Part shown: piece by piece, positions 57,175 through 64,000 of the stretch | How positions within the stretch are numbered: the first letter of the stretch is position 1 | How the letters are laid out: each line of letters opens with the position of its first letter | Assembly: GCA_041664465.1 (NCBI GenBank) | Contig: JBAYKP010000002.1 | Span: 21,190-85,189, forward strand | From: Minisyncoccota bacterium | GTDB taxonomy: Bacteria > Patescibacteriota > Minisyncoccia > Phycocordibacterales > UBA9973 | Length of the DNA: 64,000 nt | Reading direction: 5' to 3' | Made by a program: the position numbers and the translations under genes | The notes under the pieces: generated by a model | The model's database searches: none | What the model was told of the DNA's origin: nothing | What the model saw: the letters and a program-made list of their open reading frames with translations, nothing else

Positions 57175-58578
57175 ATGGAAATAAAATTTTATGAAAATAA
57201 TTTATATACAGGATTAGATTTAGAAAACGATAATACGGGTAGTTCAATAGAAGCTACCGCTATTTTAGAAGGATTTAAAAAACAAAATAAAAGACACATT
57301 ACTATTTTATATTACCCAGCAGATAAAATCTTTGAAAACATTCCTAATAATTCACCTGTTGAAGTAAAAGAAAAGATAATTAAAGAAATTAATGAGCTTT
57401 TAAAAAGTTTTGAATGGAAATTTAAACCAACAGAAATTTATAAAATAGAAAAACAAGGATATTTTAGGGATTCTTCTATTTTGGAACATAGAGAATCCTA
57501 TATTAATTTAGTGGAAATGCCAGATATTGAAATTTTTTATAAAAAGCTTAATTTATTACTTAAATCTAATTTGCCTGTTCAGTTTACTCATATAACCTTA
57601 TTTACAAAAGGTGAAAGAAAGGATGCTAGCTTTTATGGTATACCAATTCCATATGTTGAAGAATTTAATAATCTTAATCCTAGAAAAATTTCTAAATTAG
57701 AATCGAATGAAAGGTTTAAGGAAATTAAAAAAATTCTTATTGGTAGTTTAAAAGAATCATATCAAACTCACGAACAATTGGCTGAAAAAGGAGAAAAATA
57801 TACACACACGATAAATAGTTCAGGAGATAGAACTTTGGTTATAGATTATGAAATTGAAGAAACAATTATTAATTTCTTTAAAAAATTAAATTTTCCAATA
57901 AAAATAATATCAGAAGAACATGGTGAAGTTAATAATATTAATAGAAATCCTAAGTATCTGGGAGTGCTTGATGGATTAGATGGATCAAGAGTATATAAAA
58001 CAGAAAGAGGTATAGGTAGGTATGGAACTATGTTCGGAATATTTGATACTTTAAATCCAAAATATAATGATTATCTTGCTAGTGGAATTATGGAACACTC
58101 AACTAATAAATTATACTTTTCTATTAAAAATAATGGTTCTTTTGTAATTGAGAAAGATAAAGAACCTGTTCAAATAAAAAGTTCAGGTCAAACAAAATTA
58201 AGTAAATCAAATAAAATTTGGATAGATGAAGAATTAATGAAGGAACCTTTTAATAACAAAGATTTAGAAAAGACAAGAGATATTTTAAAATCACATGGAT
58301 TTGAAATTAATATATCTAAAGGATCCTCGGCAATAGATTATGTTGATTTGGCCATTGGAGAAAAAGACATAGTTTTAGAATGTACCAGAAAAAATAATCT
58401 TGAAATAGCAGTAGCTTATGGGTTGGTTAAAGAATCTGGTGGTGTTATAGTTGATTTGAATGGAGATGATTTAGGAGATAAGAAATATAAAGAATTCGGA
58501 CAAAAAGATCATGTTATGGTTATAACAGCCTCAACCCCCGAACTAGTATCTGAAATGATTAATTTGCTAAAAAAATAA
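57175..58578 (+). CDS. Hypothetical protein with a C-terminal inositol-monophosphatase/FBPase-fold domain
   Basis: GVLDGLDGS (DPxDGT-like) and AVAYGLVKESGGVIVDLNG (WDxAAG..EAGG..TD.-like). Confidence 0.4.
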   Translation: MEIKFYENNLYTGLDLENDNTGSSIEATAILEGFKKQNKRHITILYYPADKIFENIPNNSPVEVKEKIIKEINELLKSFEWKFKPTEIYKIEKQGYFRDSSILEHRESYINLVEMPDIEIFYKKLNLLLKSNLPVQFTHITLFTKGERKDASFYGIPIPYVEEFNNLNPRKISKLESNERFKEIKKILIGSLKESYQTHEQLAEKGEKYTHTINSSGDRTLVIDYEIEETIINFFKKLNFPIKIISEEHGEVNNINRNPKYLGVLDGLDGSRVYKTERGIGRYGTMFGIFDTLNPKYNDYLASGIMEHSTNKLYFSIKNNGSFVIEKDKEPVQIKSSGQTKLSKSNKIWIDEELMKEPFNNKDLEKTRDILKSHGFEINISKGSSAIDYVDLAIGEKDIVLECTRKNNLEIAVAYGLVKESGGVIVDLNGDDLGDKKYKEFGQKDHVMVITASTPELVSEMINLLKK

Positions 58579-58618
58579 AGTTAATTTCTTCATCAAAAAG
58601 GTTTCAACAGCATACCAA

Positions 58619-58652
58619 ACCACCCGCAAAAGTTTTAAATATTTGCTATAAT
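58619..58652 (+). promoter_or_regulatory. Promoter: ccgcaaaagtttt motif + extended -10 tgctataat, 6 nt upstream of the HAD hydrolase ATG
   Basis: Near-identical to 51035-51063. Confidence 0.45.
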
Positions 58653-58658
58653 ATAACC

Positions 58659-59258
58659 ATGATAAAAGTTCTAATTTTTGATGCTGATGGGGTCCTTATA
58701 AATGGGGATATTTTTAGTAAAAGATTTTCAAAAGAATACAATATTGATATAAATAAAATAAATCCATTCTTTGATGGGCCATTTAAAGATTGCCTCGTAG
58801 GCCAGGCTGATTTGAAGGAAGTTATAGCTCCATATCTAGAAGAATGGGGCTGGAAAGACGGAGTTGATAACTTTCTAGAATACTGGTTTACCTCTGAACA
58901 TTCAATAGACCAAGAACTTATAAATTACGTACAAGAGCATAGAAAAAATGGCATTAAATGCGTAATGGCCACCAATCAAGAAAAATATAGAGCCGAATAT
59001 ATTTTCAATAAGATTGGTTTTGTAAATAGTTTTGATAAGATGTATGTTTCCGCCCATTTAGGGCACAATAAAACGAATAAAGAATTTTTTGAGAAGTTAG
59101 TGAATGATTTAGGTAGTATTGAGAAAGACGAAATTCTTTTTTGGGATGATGATATAAAGAATATAAATACTGCAAAAGAATTTGGAATAAATGCTGAATT
59201 ATATACTACTTTTGAAAATTTTAAACAAAAAATGAAAGATTATTCATTTAATAAATAA
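58659..59258 (+). CDS. HAD-superfamily hydrolase
   Basis: Motif I LIFDADGVL; motif IV-like FWDDD. Confidence 0.68.
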   Translation: MIKVLIFDADGVLINGDIFSKRFSKEYNIDINKINPFFDGPFKDCLVGQADLKEVIAPYLEEWGWKDGVDNFLEYWFTSEHSIDQELINYVQEHRKNGIKCVMATNQEKYRAEYIFNKIGFVNSFDKMYVSAHLGHNKTNKEFFEKLVNDLGSIEKDEILFWDDDIKNINTAKEFGINAELYTTFENFKQKMKDYSFNK

Positions 59259-59268
59259 AATTATAAAC

Positions 59269-59300
59269 AATCGTGAGGCAAGACCTCACGATTTCTCACG
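59269..59300 (+). terminator. Terminator (aatcgtgagg-caag-acctcacgatt ...)
   Basis: Read directly. Confidence 0.55.
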
Positions 59301-59357
59301 GTTGCTGGTTTTTTTATAAATTAGCTTTTTTGTGCTAAAATAGCCTTATAACATTAA

Positions 59358-60626
<1,269 letters not shown>

Positions 60627-60639
60627 TATAATATAAAGT

Positions 60640-60816
60640 ATGGAAACAATACAAAATTTTTTACAAGTTATATGGGCTTCAATTCTTTTATTAGGGTGGG
60701 TGAAAGTTATTATTATTGTAGTTGCTATCGCTTTCCTGTCTAAATATCAGTACATATTAGGAATGCTCGCAGCCTTACTCTTCGTCGCATTTCTTGCACA
60801 TTGGATAGCATTTTAA
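60640..60816 (+). CDS. Small hydrophobic protein (58 aa), hypothetical
   Basis: Not in the ORF track (under 60 aa). Extended -10 tgatataat 7 nt upstream. Two TM-like segments. Confidence 0.3.
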   Translation: METIQNFLQVIWASILLLGWVKVIIIVVAIAFLSKYQYILGMLAALLFVAFLAHWIAF

Positions 60817-60831
60817 TTAAAAATTAAATAT

Positions 60832-60978
60832 ATGAAACCTCAGTTCAATACAACTTGGTTGTGGATAGCTGTTATCATCATTGGTAATATTTTCATTTTC
60901 TATTTTGTATCTCAAAAATTGGAAAGTTTTGTTTTAACCAATACAGCCAAGAAGATGATCGCTGAAGGTTTATTGTAA
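60832..60978 (+). CDS. Small hydrophobic protein (48 aa), hypothetical
   Basis: Not in the ORF track. One TM-like segment. Confidence 0.25.
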   Translation: MKPQFNTTWLWIAVIIIGNIFIFYFVSQKLESFVLTNTAKKMIAEGLL

Positions 60979-60983
60979 AAATA

Positions 60984-61523
60984 ATGAAAAAAGATAAGTT
61001 AACAATAGGGCAAATTATTAAAAGAGATATCTGGCGACATTTATATCGTGTTTTTCCTTGGGTCCAAAAGCATTTCTTAAAGTGGCACCTAGTCTGGCAT
61101 GAGAAAGGACGTCAGCCTTATCATATCGGGTGGCTTGCCCCAGGGAAGACATTAGAAGAACTTGAAAAGCACTTGCATACTGAATGGGGCTTCGGGAACC
61201 ATTTCGTGGCATGGCATGATAGAGGTCAAGTTCTTTCTTGGCGTAAGCTTGAAGATTTTGATAATCAGTATCATATAAGAGTTTTCAAAGATGGGGAGAT
61301 ACGAGGGCATCATGAATTCACTCCTGAAAGTAAACCATTTGATCATTTCGTAGAAATAAATGAAGAATCTCGCATGGATCAATTTAAAAAGTTTCTCGGA
61401 GATTATATCGTCCAAAGGAAATATATTTCACATTTGAAAGTAGACAAGAAAACTGCTCCAGATTCAGAAATAACTATAGACAATAGACTTGATAAAAATG
61501 GAAGAATCAAACATAAAATTTAA
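60984..61523 (+). CDS. Hypothetical protein (His/Trp-rich), no recognised domain
   Basis: Intact 179-aa ORF. Confidence 0.4.
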   Translation: MKKDKLTIGQIIKRDIWRHLYRVFPWVQKHFLKWHLVWHEKGRQPYHIGWLAPGKTLEELEKHLHTEWGFGNHFVAWHDRGQVLSWRKLEDFDNQYHIRVFKDGEIRGHHEFTPESKPFDHFVEINEESRMDQFKKFLGDYIVQRKYISHLKVDKKTAPDSEITIDNRLDKNGRIKHKI

Positions 61524-61644
61524 AAACACTCCATAAAAAAATTCTCGGACTCACCACACAATAAAATTCTGCTGAATTTTTTGCTCACACTCGGCCCGTC
61601 GGCCTGCGTGAGGGTTCGCTCGAGAACATTTTTATTTTGTGTTT
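61522..61644 (+). repeat. Palindromic repeat element copy B, wedged between the stop codons of two convergent genes
   Basis: About 97% identical to 21023-21146. Confidence 0.8.
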
Positions 61645-62841
61645 TTATATTTTAGATTCAGGATAAATTATATCCCAGAGAGCACCGGCGACGTTGTGGG
61701 GTTTCCCTACGAGAGGGAAATGGTGAAGGTCTATAAACGGGGCGGAGTTACATTCTATGACTCCACTTCTTGGCTGGTCACGCCATGAGATGGAGACATC
61801 ATCCATTATAAAGTCTACTCCGATGAGAGGATCATTTAGAACTTTTCCAATTTTCTCAAGCATTTCTTTATTATCAGGATGGACTACATCTGTCATATCT
61901 GTGATACCACCTCCCACAGCACGGCTCGTCTTCTGGCCGAGAGTGATTATTTCTTTATCTTTCGGAATTGTATCTGCAGTCTTACCCCAGTGTGTAAGTT
62001 CTTTTATGGCTTCTTCATCTAAAGAAAGTTGGTGGAAAATTGGTCCAGCACGTAGTGGATTTTTATTTTCTATTTCAATTAAATCTTTTACATTGTGTAC
62101 TCCATCGCCTATCACGTAAGCAGGCTCACGACGAAGCACTGCGATAAGCTTGCCTCCTATTACTGTTCCTCTGAATACATATCCAGAAAGTTCTTCTTCT
62201 ATCATAACGTAAGGGGAAAGTTGGTGGGCCTTGTGGAAAGCTACCATAAACTCTTTTTCATTTTCAATATGAGTTGTCGTGTGCCTGCTTCTTGATCCTA
62301 TATTGGGCTTGGTGATGACTGGTTTACTTAAAGAATTAAATATTTTAAGAGCTTCTTTATTGCTACTCGTTATTCCACCCTTAGCTACGGGGATGCCCTC
62401 TTTCTCAAAATGCTTTTTCATTTCATTCTTATTATCCATCCATTCCAATCCTTTCGGATCATAATTCTTTGTACGAGGAAGAACATCAAAGAATCTCATT
62501 TCACCTTTATATCTTGAAATGAAAAGATCTTGACCAATTCCAAACAAATGAAATTCTTTCATATCTATGCCTCGCTTCATTGCTTCTTCCCAGAGGACTT
62601 TGGCTCTGCCACTATCCTTTTCATTCGGAGCGGTTGTGACATTCCCTAAATGCAATAGGCATAAAATTTTCACTATGATTGGACCTAGCCATTCCAGACT
62701 ATCTTCTGGAATTAATTTCGCCATCCAGTTCGTCCAAGGTTCTATAAGATTTCCTAAGAGTACAGATATATAAGCGACCCGGTGATTCACTTGCGCCCCT
62801 CCACAATCCACACAATAATTTTTCTTTTTTTGTTCTGACAT
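61645..62841 (-). CDS. ATP-grasp family ligase (cyanophycin-synthetase / RimK-like fold)
   Basis: ATP-grasp-like glycine-rich and EEELSGYVFRGTVIGGK segments. N-terminal CVDCGG. Confidence 0.5.
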   Translation of the reverse strand: MSEQKKKNYCVDCGGAQVNHRVAYISVLLGNLIEPWTNWMAKLIPEDSLEWLGPIIVKILCLLHLGNVTTAPNEKDSGRAKVLWEEAMKRGIDMKEFHLFGIGQDLFISRYKGEMRFFDVLPRTKNYDPKGLEWMDNKNEMKKHFEKEGIPVAKGGITSSNKEALKIFNSLSKPVITKPNIGSRSRHTTTHIENEKEFMVAFHKAHQLSPYVMIEEELSGYVFRGTVIGGKLIAVLRREPAYVIGDGVHNVKDLIEIENKNPLRAGPIFHQLSLDEEAIKELTHWGKTADTIPKDKEIITLGQKTSRAVGGGITDMTDVVHPDNKEMLEKIGKVLNDPLIGVDFIMDDVSISWRDQPRSGVIECNSAPFIDLHHFPLVGKPHNVAGALWDIIYPESKI

Positions 62842-62877
62842 AAAAATATAATAACATATTTATTTTTAATATTAAAA

Positions 62878-62965
62878 ACTCTTCCGTCCTTCGGACACTT
62901 TCCCTTCGCAGGGAAGGAAGAATTCCTCGCCCCCTGCGAAGGGGGAGATGCCGGAGGCAGAGGGG
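62878..62965 (-). other. GC-rich hairpin cluster (including a 6-bp stem ccccct capped by GCGA, agggg) between the comFC stop and the ATP-grasp start; candidate terminator or 5' leader structure
   Basis: Read directly. The ORF-track ORF 62699-62986 here is rejected. Confidence 0.35.
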
Positions 62966-62969
62966 GTGT

Positions 62970-63644
62970 TTAGTGTGCCACGGCAAATCCCAAGACTTTC
63001 TTGGCGCCGGCTTTTCTAAGAATTTTCATTATTTCTGTGATTGTGCCACCCGTCGTCGTGACGTCATCTATTATGATTATTGTTTTCCCACGTACAAGTT
63101 CTTTATTTTTAATTTCAAATGCACCTTTTATATTTTGCAAACGTTTATTCCTATTTGTTAATCTGGCTTGGGGAATTGTATTTAATTTCTTAAACACAAT
63201 ATTACTTTTAATTTGAAATATATTTCTCTCTGCCATTTTGCAAAAGTTTCTCGCAATGATTTCCGATTGATTATACCCTCTTAATTTTCTTTTATTACGA
63301 GATACTGGCACAGGTATAATGAGAATAGGAGAACCGAGAGAGAACATTTGTAAAAGATTTATTTCTTCTAAAAATGATTCATAAAGCAGTTCACCTAGTT
63401 TCTTCCCTAGGTGAGGGTGATGATAATATTTTAATTTCCAGATGGCCTTTTTCACCACCGGGTCTCTATAATCATAGACTGCCATAATATTCTCCTCTGT
63501 TGGTCGTTCGGCTAGCTGTAGCCTATCTACGCAGTTAGGGCATAATATTTCGTCTTTTATATTGCATCCTATACATCTAGAAGGGAACAATATTTCCAAA
63601 AATAAAGCCATCCATCCCCTTATGATAAATTTGGTCTTTTTCAC
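62970..63644 (-). CDS. comFC: ComF/GntX-family phosphoribosyltransferase-domain protein (competence)
   Basis: N-terminal CxxC...CxxC zinc finger (CIGCN...CPNC) and PRT motif IIIDDVTTTGGT. Confidence 0.75.
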   Translation of the reverse strand: MKKTKFIIRGWMALFLEILFPSRCIGCNIKDEILCPNCVDRLQLAERPTEENIMAVYDYRDPVVKKAIWKLKYYHHPHLGKKLGELLYESFLEEINLLQMFSLGSPILIIPVPVSRNKRKLRGYNQSEIIARNFCKMAERNIFQIKSNIVFKKLNTIPQARLTNRNKRLQNIKGAFEIKNKELVRGKTIIIIDDVTTTGGTITEIMKILRKAGAKKVLGFAVAH

Positions 63645-63687
63645 TTCTTAATTTTACTATATATGTGTTATACTAGGAAGTATAAAT

Positions 63688-64000
63688 ATGGATAATTCAT
63701 TTCAGAATATAATATCATCTGGGGTAGCTAGCTTATCTCAAATTTTTTCTTCGGATAAGTCCACAAAAAGTGTCTTAGGTATAGATATAGGATCTTCCGC
63801 TATCAAAGTTGTTCAATTAAAGAAGAAAGGGGGTAAAGCTGTATTAGAAACTTACGGAGCCATTGCTCTTGGACCTTATGGTAATACCGACATTGGTGCC
63901 ATTACCAATTTGCAGACAGATGACGTCGTTAAAGCATTGCTTGATGTGATCAAAGAATCCAACGTCACAGTTCGCTCGGGTGTTATCGCTATCCCGTCTT
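63688..64000 (+). CDS. pilM: Type IV pilus assembly ATPase-fold protein PilM (5' partial; runs off the window)
   Basis: LGIDIGSSAIKVVQL actin-like N-terminus, typical of PilM. Confidence 0.65.
   Translation, partial: MDNSFQNIISSGVASLSQIFSSDKSTKSVLGIDIGSSAIKVVQLKKKGGKAVLETYGAIALGPYGNTDIGAITNLQTDDVVKALLDVIKESNVTVRSGVIAIPS

Noticed and set aside
62699-63216. ORFs 62699-62986 (-), 62973-63161 (+) and 63001-63216 (+)
   Set aside because: The first is driven by the GC-rich hairpin spacer. The others are antisense to comFC.

Overview
AT-rich bacterial window with no recognisable Shine-Dalgarno sequences and many putative leaderless genes. The gene content (compact ribosomal proteins, no rpmD or rpmC in the operon, comFC and pilM at the 3' end, a VirB4-like ATPase) is consistent with a small-genome Patescibacteria/CPR-like organism. 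The backbone is the S10-spc ribosomal superoperon (rplD-rplW-rplB ... rpsS-rplV-rpsC-rplP-rpsQ-rplN-rplX-rplE ... rpsZ-rpsH-rplF-rplR-rpsE-rplO-secY-adk ... map). It is interrupted three times: a convergent dgkA plus pyrF-pyrE-pyrD-pyrC block between rplB and rpsS; a hydrolase and small membrane ORFs between rplE and rpsZ; and two tandem cysteine-rich paralogs between a UMP-kinase-like gene and map. Also present are rplT-rpmI-infC, truB-like, a third cysteine-rich paralog, a phosphohexomutase, a roughly 12.5 kb copper and thiol-redox island (csoR, two cupredoxin-like genes, copA, an HMA fusion, three CcdA/DsbD-like proteins, a TlpA-like redoxin, DUF302, SHOCT, an ICMT-like methyltransferase, DUF1573) with three CsoR-type operator palindromes, smpB-ssrA(tmRNA)-ftsH, three tRNAs, recG, mscL, an aldo-keto reductase, an MFS transporter, an isochorismatase-like gene, methyltransferase, HAD, eno, an ATP-grasp gene, comFC and partial pilM. 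The two most unusual signals are both unassigned. First, a family of about 100-125 bp palindromic repeat elements (five copies) sits immediately after stop codons at two loci and is inserted in-frame inside recG and the phosphohexomutase, resembling Rickettsia palindromic elements. Second, three paralogous 570-590 aa cysteine-rich proteins have duplicated zinc-ribbon-like terminal modules and no family I can assign.
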